A stretch of 64,000 bases of DNA, from positions 35,650,001 through 35,714,000 of the forward strand of contig NW_026262734.1 in the NCBI RefSeq assembly GCF_021869535.1. Reading direction: 5' to 3'. Made by a program: the position numbers and the translations under genes. How positions within the stretch are numbered: the first letter of the stretch is position 1; every line of letters starts with the position of its first letter. Shown piece by piece: positions 24,948 through 39,900 of this stretch. The stretch comes from Mytilus californianus (lineage: Eukaryota). The notes beneath the pieces were generated by a model. It worked only from the letters and a program-made list of their open reading frames with translations, was not told the DNA's origin and searched no databases.

Positions 24948-27900
24948 ATGGGGAAGAAAAGTAAAACAGGGAAATCTAGAAAAGACAAATTTTACAAACT
25001 AGCTAAAGAAACAGGTAATCATCATTATTCAAATATAGTTTTCCCTATATTTTTCTAATTTTATCACTGATCAACCACATCAGAAAAATACTCACTCTTC
25101 TCCCTAATTGCATAGGTAGAACCGATTATATAGAAGTACATCATAGTAGATTCTCGCTTTTGGTATAGTTAGGAATTTAGAGTTTAGAGAGGTCGTGTAG
25201 TTCTGTTGTGTATGCCCACTGAATATCTTCCCTTCCAATCAGCATAATTTCAAGATCTGTTTCTACAAATTGTCAAAAAAATTCAATATACATTTTTTTT
25301 GTACTGCAGGTTGCATTCTTTTTTGTGATATTTTCAATGGGTTTCTTCCTTGAAATCAAAAGACAAATATGAATATTTCCAGTTACCTGACTCACCCTAT
25401 TTTTTGCGGCCCTTTTGCAGACCCCAACATTTTTGTGATGGTTGTCTTTAAGTTATTGGGATTAAAAGTACATCTGTATCTGTATATATACGTTGAAGAT
25501 ACCAATTCTGGCTTTTATTCAACAGGAGAGAGAGAGACAGCTATTGACGATGTTGGAGAGCTGCCTTGAAAAACTCAACTGTAGTGCATACAATACTTTC
25601 TTCAAGTTGGTTCCAATGTAATAATACAATTATGTTTCTTGACAAAGAAAGAGTTCTTATATGGATCCGTATTATATGAAATAGTGTTGAGGGCCTCCGT
25701 ATTGTTTTTCACTGAATTTGTCACTATATTGGCACTTTCAAAGTTATCAAATTTTTTCGGTTTAATTTTTTTCTCTTAGGTTTTTGTTTTAACCAGAAAA
25801 TCGTTGGGATTAAAAGCTTGGACCAAACCCCTCAACCACTTTGAACAGAAATACCAGCCTTTGACTTGTTCTTCTTGACTGTAGATTGTCCAGTTCTAAC
25901 TCTGCTAGCATTTTAGTGACCGACCCCCCTTCTCTAGATCATTAATCGCCTGTTATAGATCTATCTGCCCTACATGGGATCCTTTCCAGTTGGTTTATAT
26001 TGTGTTGTGTACATGTATATTGGTCCCATATTATGGCCCCATATTCCATAGTCAATCTCACTAAAGATATATATGCCGTCTTTTTGCAATCTTTTTGGCA
26101 AAATCATAGATTTCTTCTGAGAAAACCAAGCTTGGAATTAGCTTTCTTGGCTACGGTTGTAGTACCTGTCCATCAAGGATGAAATAGCAAGACCTGAATC
26201 CATGACATTGCATTACAAATTGTGAAATTAAGTTTTGTATTTACTTTAGGCTACAGAGCTAGATCAGCTTTCAAACTTATCCAGCTGAACAGAAAATATG
26301 AGTTTTTACAGAAGTCCAGAGTAGTGATTGATCTGTGTGCTGCTCCAGGAGGATGGTTACAAGTCTGTTCCGAAAATACTCCAGTATCCAGTCTTATTCT
26401 TGGTATGTTTGTATACATTTGTAGTTCACTGTCACGGCCTTAAGAAATGTACAAATCAAATTTGCTGCATATTATTATACGCTTTTGTGAGAGAAAAAAC
26501 TGTCAGATGAGATAATTGTCCAATTATTATATTTAATTGTCATGAAATAGAATTTCCTTCATAAGATAAGTTCCAAATGGAAGAAGTATTCTGTAGTATA
26601 TATTCCACTGGAACAAATAGTACAGAATTTGTTCCTTACGGTATAAAGGGTATAGAATATTTATATAACAAATATATATTGACAGAATGTCATGTACATG
26701 TATATCCAATTATCTTGTACCATAATGTTATTGTATGCTGTAAAAAAATGATTATTATGAAAATATTAATACATTGTAAATAACTTGAATATATTATTTT
26801 AACAAAATTGCTTACTTTAGCAGAGACCCAATTCTTTTTGTTTTTAATTATAAAACACAGGTGATAAACATCAAAAAATTAAAATTACAAAATTAACAGA
26901 ATAAAAAAAATGAATCTACAAACAAGAAGTGTCTTGCAAATAGAAATGCTTTTAACTCTCAGAAAAAATAGAACAGTCTGTCATATAACTTTTGTTGGCG
27001 ACACAACTTCACAAGTATAAAATGTTCCTCCTTTGTCCAACCCCAAAACAGAATCCTATCATGTATTAGAAACTTTGCTTGTAGGCTTACCAACCCAAAT
27101 TTCTACTGTATGTTTTAAATATGATAGAATTAACATTTATGTACATAAAAATATCTGAAATGATTTTTTTTTGTCATCAGGTGTAGATTTGGTATCTATA
27201 AGACCTATACCCAATGTAACAACATTTCAGGAAGATATCACTACAGAGAAATGCAGACAGGTTAGTATGTAAAGAGACAGCTATTTCTTGTTAGAAAATA
27301 ATATCCTTTGTCCATTAACTAACTGTTGGGAATTTGTCTACAGTTTAAAGATTTTAATGTACTAGTTCTATAAGCGATATAAAAATAAGAAGATGTGGTA
27401 TAATTGCCAATGAGACAACTCTCCACAAGAGACCAAATGACACAGAAATTAACAACTATAGGTCACCGTATGGCCTTCAACAATGAGCAAATCCCATACT
27501 GCATGCCAAAAGGCCCTGAAATGACAAATGTAAAGCAGTTCAAAAGAGAAAACTAACAGCCTAATTTAAGTACAAAATAATGAAAGAAAAACAAATATGT
27601 TCTTTTTGTTGAACCACTTGCTTAATGCTGAAAATCATCAACAAGTATTGTGTAAAACCAGGTATGAACATATTTGAATTAACTGACAAAAACAACTTCG
27701 AAAATTTGCCTCTCTTTATACATGTATATTGTACCAATTGTAATATGAGTGTTACTTATTCTTTAAAACCTATGCATAAAGCCTAATAAAGGTTAAGGCA
27801 TAAGAACTGTAGCTGAGATATATATTTTTAGCTGTAAAAAGGTTAATACCACAAATTTTATCACCATGACTTCCATGTATATTTTAAACAGTATTGTACA

Positions 27901-30900
27901 GTTTTGCACAGTATCCAGATCATAAAAAGTTTACAAGCTACATGCTTAAAATACACTCTTCTTAAACCATTGACAGAATTATTTTTGAAATATTTTGACA
28001 TAATGCCAGTGTGCGTAATCTTTAAAATTTTGTATCCAATGTTTTTTTGGTATGCTTTCTGATTGAAAAATATGTATATGTCATATCTACAAAAAAGTAC
28101 TAAAGGCATCTTGTTTCAGGAACTTATCCACTGAATGGATTTCAATGAAACTTTCAAAAAATCTTTCATGGCATTTTGCACTTCCTACATGTACCATGTT
28201 TTAATATTTTAGTCTGTAAGCTATTAGAGTTTTTAAGCAGTTAAGCTGCTTTATGCGAGCACCCTAGATTTGTGTTCTACCCAATAAATGCTGAAATATG
28301 TGCCATTGTTATTATCTGGCTGGCTATTATGTTATTTATAACTAATTGAACACTTTTTTCATACTTTTAATTCTGGAATACAAAAAATATGACCAGAAAA
28401 ACCTTAAATGATCGTCGAACCACCCAAACGTTTTGAAGTTGCACATAGGAAGTAGTGCTCAATAGAAATCCTTATGTAGTTTATTATCCCCTGTGCTTTT
28501 GGCCAAGATGTCAAAGAACAATTGCATGAATTATTTCATCGCCGAAAATCTCTAATTACAAGTCGTTTACAGTTGCCAAATGGCACAAAGCGCAGGAATA
28601 TTGTATAACAGCTGTGACTAATATGACACGGAGTTGAAGTCTCAGTGACGGTAATTTTAACTTCGTCGACAAAACGTAAATCAAGGACGTTTTAAATTTG
28701 GTGATTTCTGATAATAATCATTTTGTTCAACCGCTAGCTTTATACCGAAAATCGGCAACATGTTATGTGTAAATCCGAGTAAATCGTATCTGACTGACAA
28801 AAACAACATTGAAAAACAATGGATGCCATAAACCGGAAATTATAATACCGGATCTAATTCCGGGGGCGGATAAGGGTAATTCCGGGTTTGCCGATCAAAT
28901 ACAATAAAAATATAATAATTCCAGGCATGAGACAAAATACATCTATCATGATGAAATATAAACTCTAGAATTGAAAACCAAAGATATATTGAAAAGAAAG
29001 AAAAAGCAGGAAATATTTTATACAGAAACTCAAAATTACTTTTAGTTCACAAATTTTCATGTCAAAAACCAATAAAATGTGACAGTATTTTCCTTATCAT
29101 TAATAAATATTGATATTACATGTAGATGTTTTTATTGTTTAAACATATTACTACAATTCCATGAGGTAATTTCTTCTCAATTTTGAAGGGCCTATAAAAA
29201 TCTGGAAGTTTCTTACTTTATTTTCACAGAGGAACTAGCTAATATAATATATAGTGCAACTAGATATGATACACCAGAGACATATATGTCTCTGGATACA
29301 CTTAAACAGTTTTGAATTTGAACTGTTAAATATAATGGTATAATTAGTAATAAATAATCAATTGTTGAGACAACACACCCACCAACAGTGATACCCTCAG
29401 CCTCCCTCAGCCTTCCTAATACAAAAAAAAAGATTATTTGAATTCATAAATTAATATACAAGACAATTACATTTATTATTAAACAAGTTAAACGACAGTG
29501 ACACTGACAATGAAACAAGCTAACTTAACACCAAAAGCACATTAAAGTATCTTACTGAGTTATGAACTATTTCAAGTAAAAGCAGGACCTGGAATTTAGG
29601 TTGTGGACCTTTCAGTTTGGAGTGTCAAAGGTCCTGGACTGTCCAGTACCAAATGTTAATTTTAACCCCTGCATTCACAGTAAAGCAATTTTGACGTGTA
29701 TTGCAATTCCAAGTAGAATTTACTTTTGGACATTAAACGTTTCGAATGCGTATTAAACTAATTCAAATCAGTTAATAATGTGAATCGAATTCGAATTATG
29801 TGTGAACGCACTCAACGCAGCATTGATATATCTAAGAAATGAAGAATATTAAAAAAAGATGGACAAAATATTTGTATTAAATTTGTTGCAATTTTTGTCT
29901 TGCCTTGACAGAGTCAAAAAGTGAGACATATATATATATATATAGGCATGCTGTTTTGGCGGAATCAACAATGTATTAGTTTGTGATTTTGTGATAAGGT
30001 CTGGTTTCTGGTAGGTCAATGACATTTTGTAAGTAGTTGTGTTAGCATAGGCACATCTCATTACCATAGAGAATATTTGGCCCCACCCCCTTAGTCATGG
30101 TCTATTGACTTTGAAACTTTGCATAGTTTACATGTATATGTTTGTGATTAGGTCAGTTTAGGGGGAACCACTAGTGGTAGGTCAATGATATTTGGTGTGC
30201 AGTTGTATAAACTTTTTCATTTCTAATTTCCATTGAGATTATTTGGCCCCGCCCCCTCAATCATGCTCTTTTTACTTGGAAACTTATGTTACTTTGAAAT
30301 TTCATTTATTAGTTTTCGATTAGGTTAGTATTAGGGAAACTAATAGTGGTAGGTAAATGATAATTGGCATGTAGGTGTAGAAGCATTAGTACGTCTCATT
30401 TCCATAGAGGATATTTGGTCCTCACCCCTCAGTCATATGCATGATCTATTGACTTTGAAACTTTTACTTAGTTTACATGAATGAGTTTGTGATTATTATG
30501 ATTATGTCAGTTTAAAATTACCAGTAATCTTAAGTCAAAGCTATTTGGTATGCGAACGTATTGGTATTCAAAAGTTTCATTTCCATGGATATTATATAAC
30601 CCCACCCCCTCATTATGGTTCATTGACTTAGAAATTGAATTTGTGTTAAGGTTTGTTTAAAGGGAACGACTTATGAAAAGTCAATGGTATTTGGTTTGCG
30701 GTTGAACAAGCATTGGCACCTTTCATTTCCATAGAGATTGTTTAGCCTTGTACCTTCAGTCATGGTTCATTGACTTTGAATATCACTTACATGTTAAAGT
30801 ATTACTATTTTAAGTGTAACATTTGCATTATCAAAATAACAAATAGGCAAAACATTACGTTGTGTTAATAGCTTATTATAGATTAGACATGTGTAATTAT

Positions 30901-33900
30901 TATAAAAATAAGGAGATGTGGTATGATTGCCAATGAGACAACTATCCACCAAAATTCAAATGAAGTGGATGTAAGCAATTACAGGCAACCGTACAGCCTT
31001 CAAAAATATATGTTGCATCATTGCTAGGCCATTATAACAACATCAGCATTTCTTGTAATACTAGTATACAAGAAAATTACACCATTTCAGATAGTTTCAG
31101 GTATGATTTGATAATTGTGCATAGTGGCACCAGCTGATCCAACTAAAAGCGCTAATATGGCATATTCAAACTCTAGTACATAGTGGAATTAAACCATACA
31201 CCACTGTTGGACACCATAATTGAAATTATTATTCTGAAAAGAATATTCCTCCATGCAGCCTGCAACAATTAGCAAAACCTATACTGCATAGTAAGATATA
31301 AACGACCACGAAATGACAAATGTAAAACAATAAAACTAAAGCAGCCTGATTTATGTACAAAACAATTATGAAAAATAAATATGATATACATCAACAATCA
31401 CCAAATTACTGGGTCCTCACTATGGACAGGTACATACAGAATGTGGCGGGTTAAACATGTTAGCTGGCACAAAACTCTCCCCTAACATGGGACAGTGTAT
31501 GTGCATAATCTCAGACATTGAATCTTTAAAAAATAAATTGGAAATAACTTTTGAAAGTGGTAGGATTGGATAGAAGAAACATTACGGTACAAACATTATT
31601 TGATACTTGAGAAATAGCTGAGATATATAGATTCTACCACTGCATCGAGTGTGATACGATATTTATCCACTCGAGACAGTCATGACAGTTAAATTTTCAA
31701 ATTTAAAACGCGAGGCTCGTCGAGCGTTTTAAATATTTAAAATTTAACTGTCGAGAGTGGATAAATATCGTATTACACGAGATTTGGTGGTGGTATCTGT
31801 TTCTCTAATGATTTTCAAACAATATGCAGGCAAACTTATTCCGTCTTTTCGAATGATCTGTAAAAAGATGTGTTCTTTCTATGTGACGTCATCAGGCATG
31901 GTCGCCTTTTTTCATGCCGTCACAATAGGAAATTCAGAGGAAAGCAAGTAAATTCGACGTCATAATCGGATTTTAACCAATGAAGAACTGAGATCAAACG
32001 AACCACACGTTGATTAAATTTTTTGTATACAATGGGTGCAGAAAGGGATAAATTGACGAAGAATTAGAGAAAAATATTTTCATCCATTCTTCCGCTATAT
32101 TCATCTTAACTTCTGCCAAGTTTACCTTTGATTTTTTTAATTAACTGCCTATAGCGCCTTTGGTGCTTTGATTTAGATTGTTAATGCTGAATAATATAAT
32201 TATTTCTTATCAGTTAATTGTACATTCTTCTAATTATATCAGTGACATATTTTTTGTTTCATTTTTAGACATTGAGGAAGGAATTACATCAATGGAAAGC
32301 TGATGTAGTTCTCAATGATGGAGCTCCTAATGTCGGCAAAAACTGGTTACATGATGCTTTCCAACAAGGTATTGTATTATATTAGTAAAACATGTTGCAT
32401 GAAAAAGCTTTCCAATAAAGTTTGGTGTTGTATTAGTAACACTCTTTGCTACAGGATGCTTTCCAGCAAAAACTGGTACGGCTTTGATAAAATCAAACTG
32501 CATTACTTTCCAGCATTTGTTCAGTAAGGTATAATATAAAAAAGTAGGATGTAATGATTATTAATGATCATCTGATGGAAGCAAGAGATTTTCATATTCA
32601 TTATTTGTTTCAAATATTTTCAATTTTGCTTAAAGATTAAAATCTTTCAATGCAATTATGCACTTTTGATACATATAATCATGTTATTATTATGCCCCTA
32701 CCACGCAGCAGAGGGGGCATTAAGTGTTACCTTGTCCGTCTGTACGTACGTCCCAAAAGATTCAATTCTATAAGTTCACTTTAGTTTGCCTGAACCAAAT
32801 GTTATGAAACTTATACACAATGCTTATTACCACAAAACACAGATCAAGTTTGAATTTGGGTGGCTTCACTTTTACTGTTCTTGAGTTATGTCCCTTAATA
32901 ACGTTATATGCAAGTGGGACATCATCTGTGTCCTATGGGGACACATTCTCCATTTATTTTTTTAAAACATGCAAGTGATTATTCTTGTTTGATGTATTTT
33001 CCTCTTTTGTATATTTTCAGTTCAGCTTGCCCTCCAGGCGTTAAAATTAGCAACAGATTTTTTAAAACCAGGTGGATGGTTTGTTACAAAAGTGTTCAGA
33101 TCCAAAGACTACAATGCACTTCTCTGGGTAATGCAACAGTTATTTAAACGTGTACATGCTACCAAACCACAAGCTTCACGTAATGAATCGGCAGAAATAT
33201 TTGTGGTCTGTGAGAAATTTTTAGCACCAGATAAAATAGACCCAAAATTTCTGGACCCTAAGTATGTCTTCCAGGAGTTGGAAATGGAACCTAAACAGAC
33301 CATTAGTTTGATCCATCCAGAAAAAAAGAAAAGGTATGTTCATGCATTTTTAAGGATAATTTTATTGATACCAATTTCTTATTTTCAAATAAAAGCTCTA
33401 TTTTGCGATTACAGTAGACACCACGTAATCGGATATCGGCTATACGAATATATATCGGCTATTGTAATATTATTTCAAAACACCAAACCCTTCCCTATAT
33501 GTTTAATGTTAATTTTATCGTGTAATCGAATATGGGATATAAGAATATATCGGCAAATAGGACAAGAATATTCAGAAAATTGTGTTCAAAACCATGCACA
33601 ATCGGATATTTTCAGTGTTTTTCTGACAGGAAATGGACCTGGAAGTTACAAAATTACAATCTTGCAGACAAAAAAAAAATAGTTTTGACTAAATAAAAAG
33701 GAACTATTTCTTAATGAATTGTTGTCTTTATTCATTGTCTTCGTTTGTAATGTGAATGAGATGCCCTTTAAATTCAAATGGTTTGAATTTATTTATAAAA
33801 TATACAAGTGCAGTATGCTGGGAGAATTTTGATAAAACTCTGCTCACAGAATCAGAAATATAATTTAAACTGAATGTACCTCCTTCTGAATAATTTATTG

Positions 33901-36900
33901 CAATATACATATAAATCCCTTTTGACAAGAGAAATCTGACTTTTGTCAGATATAATTTTGTAACATGTACATGACCACATGTCATGGACGCCTTTTTGTT
34001 TTGTTTAGAAAATGTGAAGAAGCCTCGAGAACCATGACCTAAACATTATAAACAGTCAGAGTCTTCAGAAAACTTGATGCAATAATATTTAATCAATCAT
34101 GATTATCTTCATAAATTAAAATTTGATTATTTAAAAAGATAAAATAGATAACAAATAAGATTTTAGTTTAGAGACTACACAGAACACGCTTTCAGTAACT
34201 GCGAGTACTCTCAAATCGTACTTTCTTTTTAATTTGACCTGTTGATACTATTTGTAATGCTTTTTTGTTATTTAATGTTAACATGGATCTTGTCTATATA
34301 CCAGCTTTGATTATTTGGTATTTAATTTACTACAAATTTTCACTTCTTCGTACTATGAACATCAAAATTATTTCATTTTTCCTTAGATGCTGTTCTTGGA
34401 CCTGTACAGGAAGTTTTATCTAGCACTAATTGCATATTTTTATTGTTGATATTCACCCCATATGTACCAAGTGTTAGATTAGTTTTATTGATATTTAAGA
34501 AATTTCTTGGTATTCCTAAACGGAAGATTTTATACACACAGAAGAAGAAGTATACTTAACAACAAAATTATTTTCATTTAATGTGTATAATATGATGCAG
34601 GTTTCTTCAAAAGTGATGATTTTCTAAAAATTGTTTGAAATTTCACAGTGATATCATACTTTTACTTTGTTTAAACCTGTTTATTTACTTTTGACTTTAA
34701 TTATTTATCCCTTGTAATTTTTTATTAACTGTGTATTTGCATTCAGGTGTCACAGGTCAAATTTATTCGTTCATTGTGTGTTAATTTAAGTTTTTTGATT
34801 GAGTTAAGCCTTCCAATTGATATTTTATAGTGTGTTTTTCTATGTTGTGATGTTATACTATTGTTTCAGAAAAGGGAGAAGGTTTGGTACCATTAAAACG
34901 TTTAATCCCGCTGCAAATGTTTGCACCTGTCCTAAGTCAGGAATCTAATTACAGTAGTTGTCGTCTGTTTATGTAGTTCATACGTGTTTCTCCTTTCTCG
35001 TTTTTATATAGATTAGACCGTTGGTTTTTCAGTTTGAATGGTTTTACACTAGTTCGGTGTGAGCCAAGGCTCCGTGTTGAAGACCGTACTTTGAACTATA
35101 ATGGTTTACTTTTATAAATTTTGACTTGGATGGAGAGTTGTCTCATTGGCACTCATACCACATCTTCTTATATCTATTTGATGTATTCATAGCCAAATTA
35201 GCTTACCTGTTATTAATGAAAATAATGGATATTATTCGTTTACAAAACAAATAAAGACACAAACTATGGATGGTAGATATTTATTCACATAAATATTTCA
35301 GAAAATTTGATTTACTTTAATAAATGTAGGATTTAAAAGCTGAAAACAAATATGAGCATTACATAACCGATCATAACCAGCTGATAATTTTTTACACAAA
35401 CATCGAGGTGATGTAACTGATAAAAAACACTCCAGCCCTTACATATATATAGAGCAGTGGTCAGGGCTAGTAACATCTCAGGATTAGGTCTACTCATTAT
35501 TGCAGAATATTCAATGAATATACATTTATCGTCTAATTGAATATATCGGGTAATGGGATATTTTTTGCTGACATTTTGGGTATCCGATTTGCAGGAGTCT
35601 TACTGTACTTATTTTTGTTGGTAGAGTCACCCCAGCCATAATTGATGCTGATGCTGTGATCACTAAAAAGATGAGGATGTTAATTGAAATTTTCAACAAG
35701 ACTTTTAATTTTCAGAAAATACATATATATTGCACAGGCTTATTATGTATGCTTCAGACTTGTATTACTTTTGAGAATTTTATTATTAGGATAATTAATA
35801 CTAATGTATGTATGTACCCATTCAGTCCATATTGTATGCACCGGTATATCTCTTTTTTCCCTGATTCCAGTGAATGAGGAATCTGAATGAACAATTTTTA
35901 TACACCCGTCAATTTTTGACGGGACGTATTATGGTATACAAATGTCCGGTGTCCGTCCGTCTGTCTGTCTGTCTGTCCGGCGTAAACATGTCGCTCCGTA
36001 ACTTGAGAATGACTTATCAAAATTTCATGAAACTTTACATAGTTGTTTCTTATGATGGTCAAACGATCTGCATACTTTTTGGTGAAAAATAAGATTAAAA
36101 CTTTTTGAGTTACGGGACTTAGTAACTAAAACAGGTGTGTGTTTTTTTTCACATGTCGCGCCGTATCTCAAAAACAATTTATGATTATTGCTTAAAACTT
36201 TACACACTTCTTAGTTATATTAATCTTAAGATCTGTATACTTTTTGGTGATGATTCAAAATTTTATTTTAGAGATATTGAGTATTTTGTTAAAAAAGGGG
36301 GAGGGGTTTTTCACATGTTGCGCCGTATCTCAAAAACAGTTTATGATTATTGCTTAAAGCTTTACACACTTCTTAGTTATATTACCCTTAAGATCTGTAT
36401 ACTTTTTGGTGATGATTCAAAATTTTATTTTTGAGTTATTGAGTATTTTGTAAAAAAAGGGGGGAGGGGTTTTTCACATGTCGCACAGTATCTCAAAAAC
36501 GATTTATGATTATTGCTTAAAATTTTACACACTTCTTAGTTATATTTAATCTCAAGATCTGTATAATTTTTGGTTTTGATTCAAAATTTTATTTTTGAGA
36601 TATTGATTTTTTTTTTTTAAAAGGGGGGTTTTCACATGTCGCGCCGTATCTCAAAAACGATTTATGATTATTGCTTAAAATTTTACACACTTCTTAGTTA
36701 TATTAATCTAAAGATCTGTATACTTTTTGGTTTTGATTCAAAATTTTATTTTAGCGATATTGAGTTTTTTGTAAAAAAAAAAGGGGGTTTTCGCATGTCA
36801 CACTGTATGTCAGAAACTATTTATGCTTATTGCATAAAAATTCACACACAAGACGATGGGCGTATCATGTGCTCATGGCGCAGCTGTTTATTATCAATGC

Positions 36901-39900
36901 ACTGAGAAAAAAATCGGAGTTTTTAGTAAATCTTTTGCAAATCAAGGCTTTTAGAATTTATTTCTTTGTAGATAACCTAGTCTTGCGTCTATTTAATGGT
37001 CATAATTTGTATGTTTATGTGAATATCGTATTTCAGGCAAAGAGATGGTTATGCTGAAGGAGACTACACACTTTTCCACACATTAAATGCTTCAGAATTT
37101 ATACAGAGTCCAAATTATTTAGAACTGTTGGCAGCGGCTAATCAGGTTTGTTATACATGTACAGTTAGCATTAACAAATATTTAATAAGCATTATCTAGC
37201 CTTGATAATGATTTAAACTGCAATATTCTGCTAGAAAGGTGAACCAAAAATACATTTGCATATTGTTTACATTCTGGTACATATATCAGATCATTGTAAT
37301 GTAGTTATCATTCAAAACAATTTGGCCCTTTGTTCTTAGTTACATGGTCATGTGATTAATAAGTGCTTGAATTATATAACGATGGTTTCTCAGAATTATT
37401 TCTTGTTGAGATGAGATAGCGTGAAAAAAATCCATATCCATCATGATCACATTCTTGTTTCCAAATAAAAATGACCTGTGAAATTCTGCATTTACTGTAC
37501 ATTATTAATGATTGATTATTGTTTGCTTAATGTCCAGTGGCAATTATTTCATGCATTTACTGGTACATGTCCTTGTTTTAATGTACAGGGATGCAAATTA
37601 CTAATGACAATTTAAGAGTTACTATACATTGCTTATTAAAGGTTGTGAATAGCTCAAATTTCATATTTTCAATTATTTTTTTTAGGGAGAAAAATTGTAT
37701 TAAGTGTTACTTTTTTCTTTAAACAAATAGCATGTGTAATTTTATAATTTACTAACTTTATTTAATACTAGGTAATTCTTGATGAAGATAGAATAGCAAA
37801 TCATCCTGAATCCACAGAAGAACTGAAACACTGTTTAGGAGATATAAAAGTCTTAGGCAAGAAAGAATTAAGGTAAATTGTTACATTGGTTGCTATATAA
37901 TGCAGTTATTTCCCAGTCAAATAAAAACTGATAATTTCACATGTGAAAGAAATTCTGTAATTTGACCATACATGAAGAGGTTTTGTCGTGATGTTTTCAA
38001 TGATATTGCATCAAAACCAATTTAAAACACATAGAAAAAATAAAGTTTCTTGGATTTTCTTCTTTATTTACATTAAAAGTCAATATAATAAAAAGAAGAA
38101 CTCATCTAAGAATTAAAATATTGAAAAATGATCAACTAATGACCTAACAACAGTAGTTGATATGATACTCATGCATTTGTAAATTAATATGCTGTTCATT
38201 CACTCATTGAAGAAATTCTCTGATTAGTTATTACATATTAAATTATAATAAACTTCCAAACAAAACAAAAAAGAAACTTTTTCCTATCGCATTAGTGATG
38301 TCTATTCATTTATTTTCTTGATAATTAACAAATAATTGGTTGGCAATAAATCAATAGAATAGAATTCTAATATTTTAAAAACTTATATAAATTTGTTAGG
38401 GCTTTTCCAGAATTAATTAAATGGGGGTCAGAACTTCTGAGATTCAAGACCAGCTGATCAATGAACTTGACCCTAAGACTCTCAAAATTCGACCTCTGAC
38501 TGGGACTGTCCTTGATAAGATTGCCACCAAATAGAAAGTTACCACTCTCCTGAACCTCAGAGGGGACTTCAGACAGAAAGGATTCCAACTTAGGCCCAGC
38601 AGTAGACTTCATACCAAGAATAGCAGCACAGGCAGGGTCAATAACATCCTTGATAACAGAAAAAGTCAGATCCTCTCTCTGAAATACACGACTCACTCTA
38701 CAAACAATACCCATAACATCACCCATGAAGTGAGAGACAGCTAAAAACTCATAAGTAGAAATAAACCTAACCAAGCCACCAGCAACAATGTTACCACCTT
38801 CCTCATCCACAAGCAAACAGCCAATCAAGATATCAAAGTTATGCAAAAGAGAGGAAACAGAACCTTCAAAGGACAACCACCTTGTACTGAACACCTCCTG
38901 AAACCTTTTCTCTGCCTTGTCAAAAATTGTAGCCATAGCTTTTAACTCTGACATGTGTTTACATGAATGATGATAATATTTGTATACCTCATTAAGAGTA
39001 CCCTGGTATTTCTTCAAATAATTAATAGAATTGGCTGCCTGTGATGATGCTAAGGCTAGCCTGTGTGCAATACAATGTGTCTTAATTATGAAAGGGTTTT
39101 GCTCTGAAAACTTAGTAGTTACACCTGACCGTAAACCAGTCATTACACTAGCACCATCTGTAGAGATGGATATACACTTTGAAAAATCTAAGTCATACAT
39201 ATCAAAAAGCGTTTTTACAGCAGTAAATATAACATCAGCAGTACCACCAGACAGTTCAAGAACAGATAAAAATCTTGTTACAGACACATTTGATTTTATG
39301 TAACGTACATATAACATTAAAGTTTTTTCTGTTGTACGGTCAGTTGATTCATCAAGCATGACTGAGTAGTAAGCAGAGGCTTTCATGTCTTCAATAATTT
39401 CCTCGTCAACGACCTTGGCTAGTGCAATCTGCATGTCCAGGACGGAGTCTGAGCTGGTATATTTTGCATTCTTTGCTTTCTGAATTGCAGACACAGATTC
39501 TACACCCTGAAAAAAGAAGTAGAATATTGTAAAATTATGCATAACGTAGTTATCACTAAGACATAAGTATTTTAAATAATAATTTACATTTGTTTCTGTC
39601 TCATTGGCAATTACCACTAAGCAACACAATTCTATCATTTAATTTATCTCTTGAACATTTATACGAATTTCGGCATTTCGTCATTTGTAAAAAAAAATCT
39701 TATTTTTCTTTATTTAATCTTTCACATTTACCCATTTTCGTCATTTTCGGAATTAACATAAGTCTCATTGACAACTTACTCCATATTGAGAAAATCGCTA
39801 ATATTTTATTGAGGGAGGGACGAAGGCAATTTTTATTAAAACAAAATAAAGCAGACAATCACCACATACATGGAAATCAAGTAGATCATTGACGTCGTTG

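Noticed and set aside
33334-33682. C-terminal half of the 196-aa ORF 33092-33682
   Set aside because: Read-through of FTSJ3 exon 5 past its donor at 33334 into intron and MITE sequence.
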